In this document: positions 30,750 through 41,908 of the stretch, piece by piece
Layout: every line of letters begins with the position of its first letter
Position numbering within the stretch: position 1 is the stretch's first letter
Source: Planctomycetota bacterium
GTDB lineage: Bacteria > Planctomycetota > PLA2 > JAEUHO01
Assembly: GCA_965223505.1 (NCBI GenBank)
Contig: CBDCWP010000044.1
Location: forward strand, 96,001 to 160,000
Direction: 5' to 3'
DNA length: 64,000 nucleotides
Program-made: the position numbers and the translations under genes
The notes under the pieces: model-generated
Database searches by the model: none
Told to the model about the DNA's origin: nothing
Seen by the model: the letters and a program-made list of their open reading frames with translations, nothing else

Positions 30750-31202
30750 TTACTCCTCGACGGTCGATTCCACGACCTCCGCCGGCGCCTCGACGGGCTC
30801 CGGCTCGGGGTCCTTCGCCGGGGCCGCGCGCTTCGCGGACGTGGCCGCCGGCGGGCGCTTGCCGAGCACCTCGCGCAGGCGCGTCGCCTTGCCGACGCGG
30901 TCGCGCAGGTAGTAGAGGCGTGCCCGACGCACCTTGCCGTGCCGCGTCACCTTGATGCCGGCGATGATGGGGCTGTGGATCGGGAAGATCCGCTCGACGC
31001 CCTCGCCCTGGACGATGCGGCGCACCGTGAACGTCTTGCCGAGGCCGCCGCCGCGGATGCGAATCACCGTGCCGCTGAAGGTCTGGACGCGCTCTTTGCC
31101 GCCCTCTTTGATCTTGACCGCGACGTCCACGGAGTCGCCGACGGAGATCTCAGGAAGGTCGTCGCGGTAGTAGTCCGTTTCCGCTTGTCGGATGCGGGAC
31201 AT
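30750..31202 (-). CDS. rplS: 50S ribosomal protein L19
   Basis: [45 protein letters not shown]. Confidence 0.97.
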   Translation of the reverse strand: MSRIRQAETDYYRDDLPEISVGDSVDVAVKIKEGGKERVQTFSGTVIRIRGGGLGKTFTVRRIVQGEGVERIFPIHSPIIAGIKVTRHGKVRRARLYYLRDRVGKATRLREVLGKRPPAATSAKRAAPAKDPEPEPVEAPAEVVESTVEE

Positions 31203-31358
31203 GTCTGCCTCCTTGGACGGCGCGGGCGGCGGTTCACGCGCCTTGCGGCCGATTCATCGAGCCAAGCCCCGGATCGTACCGGAGGTTCCCGCGCGGCCTC
31301 ATCTTTCCTCTGCCCCGATTCGTACGCGGTTCGCCCGTCCCGGCTACAACGGGCGGCC

Positions 31359-32066
31359 GTGCACGTCTCGATCGTGACCCTGTTCCCGGAGCTGTTCGAG
31401 CCCTACCTGCGGTCCACGGTGCTGGGGCGCGCCGTGCAGGCCGATCGGATTCGGGTCGATCTCGTGCCCCTGCGGGCGTTCGGCGAGGGCCGTCACAAGA
31501 TCGTCGACGACCGCCCGTTCGGCGGGGGGCCGGGGATGGTGCTGATGGCCGAGCCCGTCATTCGGGCGGTCGAGGCGGCGCGCGAGGCCCACGGTCCCAG
31601 GGCGCGCACTCTGCTGCTCAGCCCCCAGGGCCGCACCTTCGACCAGCCGCTGGCCGAGTCGCTCGCCGAGGCGCCGGACGGCTTCATCCTGCTTTGCGGG
31701 CGCTACGAGGGGATCGACGAACGCGCCATCGAGGTCCTGGCGCCCGAGGAGGTCTCCGTCGGCGACTTCGTACTGTCCGGCGGGGAGGCCGCGGCCCTGG
31801 TCGTGCTCGACGCCACGGCGCGCCTCGTGCCCGGGGTGCTGGGCCACGAGGGCAGCTCCAAGGCGGACTCGTTCTCCGGCGCCGACCGCATCCTCGACCA
31901 TCCGCACTACACGCGCCCGCTCGAGGTGCGCGGCCTCGGCGTCCCCGAGGTCCTGCGAAGCGGCGACCACGGCGCGATCGCGGCGTGGCGCCGGGACCGA
32001 GCGCTGGAACGTACCAAGGCCCGACGGCCGGACCTGATGCCGCCCTCCGACGATTCGGAGCGATAA
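31359..32066 (+). CDS. trmD: tRNA (guanine37-N1)-methyltransferase
   Basis: GTG start; TLFPE, VDDRPFGGGPGMV, LSPQG, CGRYEGIDER, GDFVLSGGE, HYTRP, SGDH. Confidence 0.96.
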   Translation: MHVSIVTLFPELFEPYLRSTVLGRAVQADRIRVDLVPLRAFGEGRHKIVDDRPFGGGPGMVLMAEPVIRAVEAAREAHGPRARTLLLSPQGRTFDQPLAESLAEAPDGFILLCGRYEGIDERAIEVLAPEEVSVGDFVLSGGEAAALVVLDATARLVPGVLGHEGSSKADSFSGADRILDHPHYTRPLEVRGLGVPEVLRSGDHGAIAAWRRDRALERTKARRPDLMPPSDDSER

Positions 32067-32086
32067 TCGGCGGCGAGGAGACGGAC

Positions 32087-32790
32087 ATGTTCACCGGGAT
32101 CGTCACCCATCGGGGCCGCGTCGTGAACGCCGAGACGGTCGGCGACGGCGACGCCGCGCTACGGCGCTTGACCCTGGACACGAAGACGCCGCTCGAAGGG
32201 GTGGCGGTCGGTGACTCCATCGCCCTCGACGGCTGCTGCTTGACCGTGGTTCGGATCGACGGATCTCGGCTCGACTTCGAAGCGGTGCCGGAGACCCTGC
32301 GGTTGACGACGCTCGGCGAGCGCAGCGCGGGCGACGAGGTGAACCTCGAGACCGCCCTCAAGGCGGGGGACGTCATGGGCGGGCACTGGGTCCAGGGACA
32401 CGTCGACGGAACCGGCCGCATCACCGAGGTCCGGCAGGTCGGCGACGACGTCCGCATGGTGGTCGAAGTGCCGTCCCGACTGCACGAGGGGTTGATCGCG
32501 AAGGGGTCCGTGACCGTCGACGGCGTGAGCCTCACCGTCGGCGAGGTGTGGCGGGAGGGCGGCGAGCACGCGCGCGCGGCCGGTTCAGCGTCTACCTCAT
32601 TCCGCATACCCTTGCGGTGACGGGCCTCGGCGGGCGCGCGCCCGGGGATCGCGTGAACATCGAGGTCGATGTCGTCGGCCGCTGGGTGGCCCATCACGTA
32701 CGCCGCGCGATGGAGGGCCTCGCACGGCCGACCGATGAGGAGCGTAGGACGAAGGTGACGTCCGAGCCGGCGGGGGAGAGAGCGCATGAG
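32087..32790 (+). pseudogene. ribE: Riboflavin synthase alpha chain, frameshifted at about 32570-32585 (probably a sequencing error); 3' end uncertain
   Basis: MFTGIV, GDSIALDGCCLTV, GGHWVQGHVDG and KGSVTVDGVSLTV are in one frame. FSVYLIPHTL...VNIEVD continues in another frame after a (CG)n run. Confidence 0.85.
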
Positions 32791-33388
32791 CACTTCGAAA
32801 ACTGTCTACTTCCTGGCCTTGGTGGCCCTGGTCGGGCTCGGCACGGCGTGCCAGGGCGCAGGCTTCAGCAACCTGCCTGCGCGATCGGGCGCTACCGCCG
32901 AACCGGACGTGACGTCTCAGCGATACCGACCTGCAGGGTGTGGATCAATACTTCGCCTCGGGTCCCCAGGGCGCGAACTCGCGCTGGATCCTCGGCGGAC
33001 AACGTCGAGATCGTCGCCAGCACCGAGTACTTCTCGAACATCCTGTCGCTGAACCGCGGCCATTTCGTCAATCGGACGACCCGCGTCGAAGGCAACGAGA
33101 CGGTCGAGACGTTGCGCTTCCTCGGTGCGCCAAACCAGCGCAGCGCCATGACGAGCCCGCGCGCCCAGATCGGTACGGGGCATCACGGTGACGGCGCGCG
33201 ACACGCTGACCGTGCGGATGACGAAGACCCAGGATCCGAACGTGCCCGTGCGCATCCGGATCACCGCGACCGGCAACGCGTCGCGCGGTCACAAGGACGA
33301 CGTCAAGCTGCGCGGCCCGCAGCTTGCGATGGGGGGCAACCTCGTCCGGCAGGGTGAGCGCTGGGTCTGGATGCCGATCGACGGGTAG
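32786..33388 (+). pseudogene. Putative lipoprotein broken by about 3 frameshifts
   Basis: Lipobox GTAC after a hydrophobic leader. Coding-like segments lie in successive frames (VDQYFASGPQGANSRWIL / ADNVEIVASTEY...QIGTG / ITVTARDTLTVRM...WMPIDG*). Confidence 0.5.
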
Positions 33389-33406
33389 CGAGACGCGAGA
33401 CCCCGG

Positions 33407-34040
33407 TCAGGGCTGCGGGAACTCGTTCAGCCAGTCGTCGTACTCGTCCTTGAGACCGTCGTACTCGCGCGATCCCTGGGTGCGCAGGTATTCCATCCGC
33501 TCCTTTGGCCGATGCCAGGAACGCTTTGCGCGCCTTCGCGTAGCCCGCGTCGGCCTCGCCGGCGAGATGGCGCTCGCGCAGGACGTACAGGCGCGCGCGC
33601 TCGATGGTGGCCGGACTCGCCAGCGGCGGATCCAGCCGGCCGAGCAGCTCGAGCCGTTCCCGCTCGCGATCGAACAGCGCCGCCATGTGCGCGTGGTAGG
33701 TCGCGTCGTCGATCTCGGCGAGCTGGCGGCGCGCGACCCAGAAGCGGATTTCGATCCGCTCCACGTCACGCAACGACCCTTCGCCCGCCCGGTACGGCCG
33801 CGAGCGCGTCGCGCATGCGCACGGCGAGCTCGTTGCGCCGTTCGCCGCAGCGCGTTCCCGACGTCCGAAAACGGATCGTCGATCACGGAGAGCCCAATCG
33901 GCCGTCGCGCCCGGATCGGCGACGACGGGGTCGCGCGGCGGCGTCTCGAAGTCGATGAGCTCGACGGCGGTCGGCTGCCACAGCAGATAGCCGGCCACCC
34001 CGCAGACGATCAAGCCGAGAACGATGAGCAGCGCACGCAC
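33407..34040 (-). pseudogene. Membrane-anchored hypothetical protein with at least one frameshift
   Basis: N-terminal TM MRALLIVLGLIVCGVAGYLLW; a natural-looking C-terminus KERMEYLRTQGSREYDGLKDEYDDWLNEFPQP* is in another frame. Confidence 0.5.
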
Positions 34041-34117
34041 GGACGCAAGCTACCAGAGGGGCGAGCGCGCCGCAGGGGCGGGGCTCGACCCCGCCCCGCG
34101 AGGACCGGACGGCGACC

Positions 34118-34296
34118 AACCCCTGCCGGTCACGAAGGATCGGGGAGGACGAGTTGCGCTCGACCCCCTCCAGTCACGCCGGATACGGTGCCAGGCCAGC
34201 GATCGTTTCGTTCTCGCATTCCCCGTTACCGACCACCGGAACGCCCGGTCCTTGGATCCGTGGCCGCGAAAACGCAACGATCGAGCCAGGCACCCT
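34118..34296. repeat. Structured intergenic repeat, copy 1
   Basis: Two ACCCC..CCRGTCACG boxes 44 nt apart, followed by a long imperfect inverted repeat at 34187-34294. Second copy at 38688-38880. Confidence 0.8.
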
Positions 34297-34355
34297 GCGC
34301 ACTCGTGCCGCGCGCGAACCATGAACAGCGGCGCGCGACGGACTACGATCGGAGG

Positions 34356-35355
34356 ATGCCTGGAACCGTCACGATCCACACGTTCGAGAGCAAACGCCCT
34401 GAAGGGCAACGCACTCGAAGATCCGCACGTTCGGCGCGTGCCCGTCTACCTGCCCCCCGGCTACGACGACGGCGATGCACGCTATCCCGTTCTCTACGCA
34501 CTCGCCGGCTTCACCGGTAGTGGGCTCTCGTACTTGAACTACGACTGGTATCAGGAAAACCTGCCCGACCGGATGGACCGGCTCATCGAACAGGAGGGCA
34601 TGCCGCCGGCCGTCGTCGTCATGGTCGACGGCATGACCTCGATCGGCGGGAACCAGTACATCGACTCCTCGGCCGTGGGTTCCTACGCGACGCACGTCAA
34701 CACCGAGCTCGTGCCCTGGGCCGAGTCGACGTTTCGACTGCGCGAAGGCCGCGATCACCGCGGCTGCTTCGGCAAGTCCAGCGGCGGCTACGGCTCGATG
34801 ATGATGGCGCTCGAGCACGCGGACGTGTTCGCCGCGGCCGCGAGCCACTCCGGCGACTGCTACTTCGAGTACTGCTACGCACCGGACTTCCCCGCCGCGG
34901 CGGACGGGCTGCGGCGCGAAGGCGGCCTCTCGACGTTCCTAGAGAAGCTGAAGTCCAAGGCGTGGCCGAAATTCCCTCCGAGTTTGTTCCACACGCTGAA
35001 CGTCGTGGCGATGGCGCACTTCTACGGGCCGAACCCCGACGCACGACACGGCTTCGATCTTCCCTTCGACGAGCGGACGGGGGAGCGCCGCGACGACGTC
35101 ATGGCGCGTTGGAAGCAACGCGATCCGGCGGCGCTCGTCGAGAAGCACGCCGAGGCGCTGCGCTCGTTGAAGCTGCTCTGGATCGAGTGCGGCGACCACG
35201 ACGAGTGGAAGCTCCACCACGGCGCGCGGATCGTGCGCGAGCGGCTGCGGGACGCGGGTGTCGATCACGTCTACGAAGAGTTCGACGACGACCACAAGTC
35301 GCTGAACTATCGGTACGATCGGACGATTCCGGCGCTGGTGCGCGCTTTGTCGTAG
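34356..35355 (+). CDS. Alpha/beta-hydrolase esterase (Fes/enterochelin-esterase-like); +1 frameshift at about 34392
   Basis: GGAGG-ATG MPGTVTIHTFES then, after one extra A, NALKGN...VYLPPGY...YPVLY.L.G; nucleophile GKSSGG; C-terminal D and H. Confidence 0.85.
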
Positions 35356-35465
35356 TTCAGGCCGGACCGGGGCGGAAGGTCTCTCACCCTGTGCCTACGA
35401 CCGGTGTTTTCCGGGGCCTTGGGATAGACTGGAAGCTGCTTCGGTCCTTCCCTGAGGTACCCGCC

Positions 35466-37019
35466 ATGCCCGCATGCTTCGACCTTCGCCGCGCACTCCT
35501 GCTGCTGGCTGTCTTCGCCCTGTTCGCCTGCCTCGCGTCGGGCCAGCCCCAGACGGCGTTCGCCGAGGAGAAGAAACCGGATGGCGAGGAGAAGGACGGC
35601 GAGGACGACGGGAACGAGCCGGGGGCGAACCTCGGCGAGCGCGACGTCTCCTTCATGAAGAAGGTCAACTGGGCGATCGAGTACGGCGTCAACTGGCTGA
35701 AGGCGAAGCCCGCGATCTTCGAGATGAAGAAGGGCGACGAGGCCGCGCACTGGGGCCTGGTGAAGGGCACGCGGATCTACGGCGGCGGCCAGGGTCCGCA
35801 GTACCGGCACCCGGCCGGTCCGACGGCGCTCGCGCTCTACACGCTGCTCAAGTGCGGCGTCGACCCGAAGGATCCCGTGATCGTCAAGGGCTTCAACTGG
35901 CTCAAGCTCTTGCATCGCGTCACGCCGAAATACGACGGCGTGGACGCGGGCGGAAAGTCGTGGACGCACACGCAGGCGGCGGGCTCGTACGAGTACTCCG
36001 TGATGATCCTCGCGCTGACGGCGAAGTGGGACCAGTACAAGAAGTCGTCGGCGAGCAAGACGGCGCAGCGCAAGGGCAAGCTCAAGATTCGCGACCGCGA
36101 AGACAAGGAGTGGTTGATCGAGCTCGTCGAGGGCCTGGTCGCGCGGCGCGGGCTCCCGGACGGCACGGGCGGCTCCGACGGAGCGCACGGCTGGCGGTAC
36201 AACGTTCCCAAGCTCACGCTGAGCGGCGGCAACCAGACCTGGACCCGCAACTCCGGCATGGGGCACATTGCCAATCAGGATCTCTCGAGCACGCAGCTCG
36301 CCGCGCTGGCGCTGTCGAGCGCGCACCGCTTCGGCGTGAAACCGAAGACCGCCGACGTCTGGATCGACATCGTCAAGTTCACGTTGGACCACCAGGAGCC
36401 GAAGGGGCCCGAGCACGAGCGCCACGATCCGGTGTACGACGGCAACAAGTACGCCAAGCCGATGGATCACGCGCGCGGCTTCTGCTACATCAAGGACAGC
36501 CCGGAAGGCAGTGAAGGCAAGGCGACGGGCTCGATGACGGCGTGCGGCGTGACGAACCTCTTGATCGCCGCGGAGATCTTGAGCACCGACAAGAAGTACA
36601 AGAAGACGTGGGAGAAGGCGATGCTCTCGCGCAAGGTGAACAAGGGCATCTGGGACGGCATTGCCTGGCTGGACAAGCACTGGACGAAGTTCGAGAACCC
36701 GTACAGCAAGTACGGCTACCACATCTACTACTGGTACGCGATCGAGCGTGCGATGGACATCCTCAACAAGAAGCTCTGTGGTTCGCACCTCTGGTACAAG
36801 ACCGGCGCGGAGGCGTTGCTGGCCAACCAGAACCCGGTGCGGGTGAAGGTGCGGGTCGGCAAGAAGCAGAAGCTCGAGGAGGTCGACGGGACGTTCTGGC
36901 AGACGAACTCGACGCACGAGCCGAAGGACGTGATCGACACGTGCTTCGCGTTGCTGTTCCTGAAGCGCGCGACGCGGGGCTTCCTGCCGACACCGGGACC
37001 GGTGGTGACGGGGGAGTAG
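35466..37019 (+). CDS. Exported prenyltransferase/squalene-cyclase-like (alpha/alpha toroid) repeat protein
   Basis: Signal peptide ending AFA; GVNWLK, TALALYTLL..G, GWRY, DLSSTQLAALAL, SMTACG, YYWYAIER, DTCFALLFL. Confidence 0.7.
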   Translation: MPACFDLRRALLLLAVFALFACLASGQPQTAFAEEKKPDGEEKDGEDDGNEPGANLGERDVSFMKKVNWAIEYGVNWLKAKPAIFEMKKGDEAAHWGLVKGTRIYGGGQGPQYRHPAGPTALALYTLLKCGVDPKDPVIVKGFNWLKLLHRVTPKYDGVDAGGKSWTHTQAAGSYEYSVMILALTAKWDQYKKSSASKTAQRKGKLKIRDREDKEWLIELVEGLVARRGLPDGTGGSDGAHGWRYNVPKLTLSGGNQTWTRNSGMGHIANQDLSSTQLAALALSSAHRFGVKPKTADVWIDIVKFTLDHQEPKGPEHERHDPVYDGNKYAKPMDHARGFCYIKDSPEGSEGKATGSMTACGVTNLLIAAEILSTDKKYKKTWEKAMLSRKVNKGIWDGIAWLDKHWTKFENPYSKYGYHIYYWYAIERAMDILNKKLCGSHLWYKTGAEALLANQNPVRVKVRVGKKQKLEEVDGTFWQTNSTHEPKDVIDTCFALLFLKRATRGFLPTPGPVVTGE

Positions 37020-37144
37020 CTTCCTCGCGGCCTTCGGCCGCGACCGTTCCCTCGCTCCGCTCGGACCTCGGGCTTCGCCCTCGGTAGACCCGCGCTTCGC
37101 GCGTGTCCGAACTGGAAGCTTCTTCTTCAAGGGGGGCATGGCCC

Positions 37145-38594
37145 CATCGCCGTCAATTTAGGCCGCTGGTTGCGCTAATTCTGGCCTGATTCAACTCCGA
37201 TCCCTCAGGTGAGGAGGGCGCGGTGGCGAAGGCCAATCGAGATGATCAAGTCGATCTCGTCTGCGTGGCCGAGCTGCTCCATGAGCACCTGAACGGGTCG
37301 CTGGTGGCGGCTGCGTTCGAGGATCTCCGAGATGGCGAGCGCGAGCGCGTCTGGACGCTGCAACAGATGGTGGCGTTCTGGACAGCTGTGATCTTGCGGG
37401 CGCCTGAGTCGCTCAGCCAAGCGCTTCGAGAGGCGGCTGGGGATCGGTCGTCCGGATACCCGCCGGTGGAAACCTCCAACCAGGCGTTCTTCCAGCGCTG
37501 TGGCAACCTGCGATGGGAGTTCTTCGCGAAGGTGTTTCGGGCCTTCGTTGAGAGTGTGAGCTCTTCGGAGCCGGCTCGGTTTGCCCAACGCCACCAGGAT
37601 GTTGCTGAGCGCTTCGACCGCATCCTGATCCTGGATGGCTCGAACCTCGATCCCGTAGCGCGGCGTTTGAAGATCACGTGGGAGGATACGGCAACGCCGA
37701 TCCCCGGTTCGATGCTCGCGTGCTACGACCTCATGCGAGGCAGCCTGGCCGATCTGCGCTACTCCCATACGTTGAAGAAAGGCGAGCTGATTTCCGCTCG
37801 CGAGGTGCTCGGGCAGCTTCCCAAGGGCAGCCTGGTTCTCGGGGACCGTCTGTACGGAACACCGAAGTTTCTCTCAGAAGCCCAAGAAGCTAGCCTTTAC
37901 GGGGTGTTTCGGCGCCAGCGACATGCTCATGTGGAGGTGCAGGAGGACTTGGGCAGTTGCGCCTACGGCGGGGGCACGCTCCAGGACAAAGCCGTCACGT
38001 TCGGCAAGCAAGCCAGGCTTGCGGCTCGGCTGATTCGGCTCTCGCTGGGAGAGAAGACCTACGAGTTCGCAACCAACGTCCTGGATCCCGAGCGCCTATC
38101 CGCAGCGGAGATCGCAGAGCTGTACGCCGATCGCTGGGAGGTCGAGCGCATGTTCTACGACCTCAAGGAGGTACTCAACCTCCATCGCTTCTACTGCGGC
38201 AACGCGAACGCGATCGCGATGCAACTCTATGCGTCCGCGATCGTGCACACCGCGATGCGCATAGCCCAGGGCCGAATCGCGCACGAAGCTGCTGTCGAGC
38301 CGGAAGACATCTCCGAGGCGAAGCTCTTTCCGCTCCTCGGCGCCACCTCAGCCACCCTGGTGACCCTCGAGATGGGGTTCTTGCTCACCGAGCGCGCCAA
38401 CCCCGGAGTGAAGCTGCGCAAGCCCGACTGGCATGACGCCTGCTGCCTCCAAGTGCCACTTTGGAGGATCCTCGCCGACAAGACCCGCGGCAACCGACCC
38501 CGCGACACCTGCCGGCCGGACTGGCGGGGACGATGGAGGGAACTGCCGCCACCACCAGGTGCCCCGCGGGGGCCTCCTTAAGTTGACGGCGATG
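37145..38594 (+). mobile_element. IS4-family insertion sequence, 1450 bp
   Basis: Terminal IRs CATCGCCGTCAAtTTAgG and CATCGCCGTCAAcTTAaG (reverse complement of the right end); 11-bp direct repeats GGGCATGGCCC at 37134-37144 and 38595-38605; codon usage differs from flanks. Confidence 0.95.
37223..38581 (+). CDS. IS4-family DDE transposase
   Basis: ILDGS, LGDRLYG and the YREK signature YADRWEVERMFYDLK; stop codon lies inside the right IR. Confidence 0.93.
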   Translation: MAKANRDDQVDLVCVAELLHEHLNGSLVAAAFEDLRDGERERVWTLQQMVAFWTAVILRAPESLSQALREAAGDRSSGYPPVETSNQAFFQRCGNLRWEFFAKVFRAFVESVSSSEPARFAQRHQDVAERFDRILILDGSNLDPVARRLKITWEDTATPIPGSMLACYDLMRGSLADLRYSHTLKKGELISAREVLGQLPKGSLVLGDRLYGTPKFLSEAQEASLYGVFRRQRHAHVEVQEDLGSCAYGGGTLQDKAVTFGKQARLAARLIRLSLGEKTYEFATNVLDPERLSAAEIAELYADRWEVERMFYDLKEVLNLHRFYCGNANAIAMQLYASAIVHTAMRIAQGRIAHEAAVEPEDISEAKLFPLLGATSATLVTLEMGFLLTERANPGVKLRKPDWHDACCLQVPLWRILADKTRGNRPRDTCRPDWRGRWRELPPPPGAPRGPP

Positions 38595-38687
38595 GGGCAT
38601 GGCCCCCCTTTCGGGCTCCGCTCCGCTACGCCCTATCCCCCTCTGTGGCGCCTGCGGCGCACCCGGGGTGCCGCCTGCCGGCAGCAC

Positions 38688-38880
38688 GACCCCTCTCCAG
38701 TCACGCGCGAACCGTGTGCGGGCCGGCGAACAACCCCTCTCCGGTCACGCCCGATACGGTGCCAGGCTAGCGATTGTCTCGTTTTCGCAGTACCTCCCCA
38801 ACCGTCCCACCACACCGCCATCCCCCGCAACTCAACAGCCGCGAAAACGCAACAATCGAGCCAGGCACCCTACGCGTATC
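38688..38880. repeat. Structured intergenic repeat, copy 2
   Basis: Same boxes at 38689 and 38733 (44 nt apart) and inverted repeat at 38758-38869; arms conserved, spacer and loop unrelated to copy 1. Confidence 0.8.
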
Positions 38881-38992
38881 GTCCCGCACGCGAACCGCGC
38901 CCGGCGCGCGCAGTTCCGGGCCGTCGTTCGCTCAAAACAAGACGCCGCGATCCAGCGCCGTACGATCCCGCCAACGCCCCCCGGAGAAGCAC

Positions 38993-40149
<1,157 letters not shown>

Positions 40150-40153
<4 letters not shown>

Positions 40154-41124
40154 GCATTCTCGTCGGCAAGAACACACGCGTCGTCACGCAGGGCATCACC
40201 GGCGAGTTCGGGATGCTGCACACGCTCGCCTGCAAGAAGTACGGCACGAACATCGTCGCCGGCTGTACGCCGGGCAAAGGCGGCAAGAAGGTCAAGGGGA
40301 TTCCGGTCTACGACACGATGTCGGAGGCGGTCGAGCGGTCGGGCGCCAACACGAGCATGATCTTCGTGCCGGCGCCGTTCGCCGCGGACGCGGTCGAGGA
40401 GGCCGTCGACGCCGGCATCGAGCTGATCGTCTGCATCACCGAGGGCGTCCCCGCGCTCGACGAGGTACGCATGAAGCTCGTCGTCGAGGCGGCCGGCGCG
40501 CGCATGATCGGCCCCAACTGCCCCGGGGTGATCAGCCCGCGCGAACGCGCGAAGGTCGGCATCATGCCGGGCGACATCCACAAGCCCGGCAAGGTCGGCG
40601 TCGTCTCGCGCTCCGGTACGCTCACCTACGAAGCGGTCTGGCAGCTCTCCGAGCTCGGCCTTGGTCAGAGCACTTGCATCGGCATCGGCGGCGATCCCGT
40701 CATCGGGACGACGCACACGGACGTGCTCGCGATGTTCCAGGAAGACAAGGGCACCGAGGCGATCGTCATGATCGGCGAGATCGGCGGCACCGCGGAAGAG
40801 GAGGCGGCCGCCTTCATCAAGGCCAACGTCGACAAGCCGGTCGTCGGCTTCGTCGCCGGCGCGACGGCGCCGCCCGGCAAGCGCATGGGGCACGCCGGCG
40901 CGATCATCGCGGGCGGCAAGGGCACGGCGGCCGAGAAGAAGGACGCATTGCGCGCGGCCGGCATCTACGTGGCGGAGAGCCCGGCGGAGATGGGATCGAC
41001 GATGGTCGAGGCGTTGCGCACGTTCCGCAAGCGCAAGCGCGCTTCGAAGAAGCGCGCCGGATCTCGCAAGAAGACCGCGCGCAAGAAGACGGCCAAGAAG
41101 AGGTCGCGCGCGAAGGCACGGTAG
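40150..41124 (+). CDS. sucD: Succinyl-CoA ligase alpha subunit with basic C-terminal extension
   Basis: GTGA overlap; [29 protein letters not shown] phospho-His. Confidence 0.97.
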
Positions 41125-41134
41125 ACTTCGGCGC

Positions 41135-41908
41135 ATGCCGCGCCTCGTCGACTGTCCCGGCCACGTCCGCTTGACGGCGGGCTGTTTTGCGCTGCTCATC
41201 CTCGGCTTCGGGTTGCTCGCCCAGGTCAACCTCTGGGTGCAGGACGGCGGAGGCTCGGCGCCGGGCCCCGAGCAGATCCTCTGGAAGTACAACGGCAAAC
41301 CGGACAGCACGAAGCTGCACATGGTGCTCGACCCCGCGTTGCCCGAGGACGACGATCACGCGATGTGGCCGTTCCTGGGCGCGACGCCCGCGGAGATCGA
41401 GACGCGCCGGAAACAGATTTTCGACTGGATCGACGCGGGCGCGCCCAACGACGACGTCTTCAAGAGCACGTTGCGACCGATCTTCGCCGGCGAGGAGACG
41501 TGCGGACAGTGCCACGCGCCCGACGGCACCATGGCGAGCCTGCCGTTCGAGTACTACGACGAGGTGCTCGTCGTCGCGCAGCCGGACCGCGGCATGCCGC
41601 TCGGGCAGCTGACGATCAGCGCGCACAACCATCTCTTCGGCTTCGCGGTCATGGCGTTGCTGCTCTCCCTCGGCCTGTGCATGACCCGGGTCGGTGGGCG
41701 CCTGCGGACCGTGCTCATCCTCGCGGCCTTCGTCGGCCCTGCGTTGGACATCGGCTCGTGGTTCCTCACCAAGTACGTCGGCGCGCCGTTCCATCTCACG
41801 GTGATGGCGGGCGGCGCGCTCTTCGGGCTCTCGACCATGGCCATGGCGCTGTTGATCCTGGCGGACGCGCTGCGCCTGCGGTCGGACGGGGGAAATGACG
41901 ACGCGTAG
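41135..41908 (+). CDS. Membrane protein with one c-type heme motif
   Basis: CGQCH in a soluble loop; HNHLFG then 3 C-terminal TM helices; one N-terminal TM. Confidence 0.7.
   Translation: MPRLVDCPGHVRLTAGCFALLILGFGLLAQVNLWVQDGGGSAPGPEQILWKYNGKPDSTKLHMVLDPALPEDDDHAMWPFLGATPAEIETRRKQIFDWIDAGAPNDDVFKSTLRPIFAGEETCGQCHAPDGTMASLPFEYYDEVLVVAQPDRGMPLGQLTISAHNHLFGFAVMALLLSLGLCMTRVGGRLRTVLILAAFVGPALDIGSWFLTKYVGAPFHLTVMAGGALFGLSTMAMALLILADALRLRSDGGNDDA

Noticed and set aside
32565..32590. Programmed frameshift or phase variation in ribE
   Set aside because: No slippery heptamer, and neighbouring genes share similar breaks, so sequencing error is more parsimonious.
34118..34180. Box-spacer-box as a mini-CRISPR
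   Set aside because: Only two short imperfect repeats per copy and no cas genes; reported instead as a structured repeat.
38599..38992. Long N-terminal extensions of sucC/sucD in the ORF track
   Set aside because: The conserved starts are at 38993 and 40150; the upstream sequence is repeat DNA.
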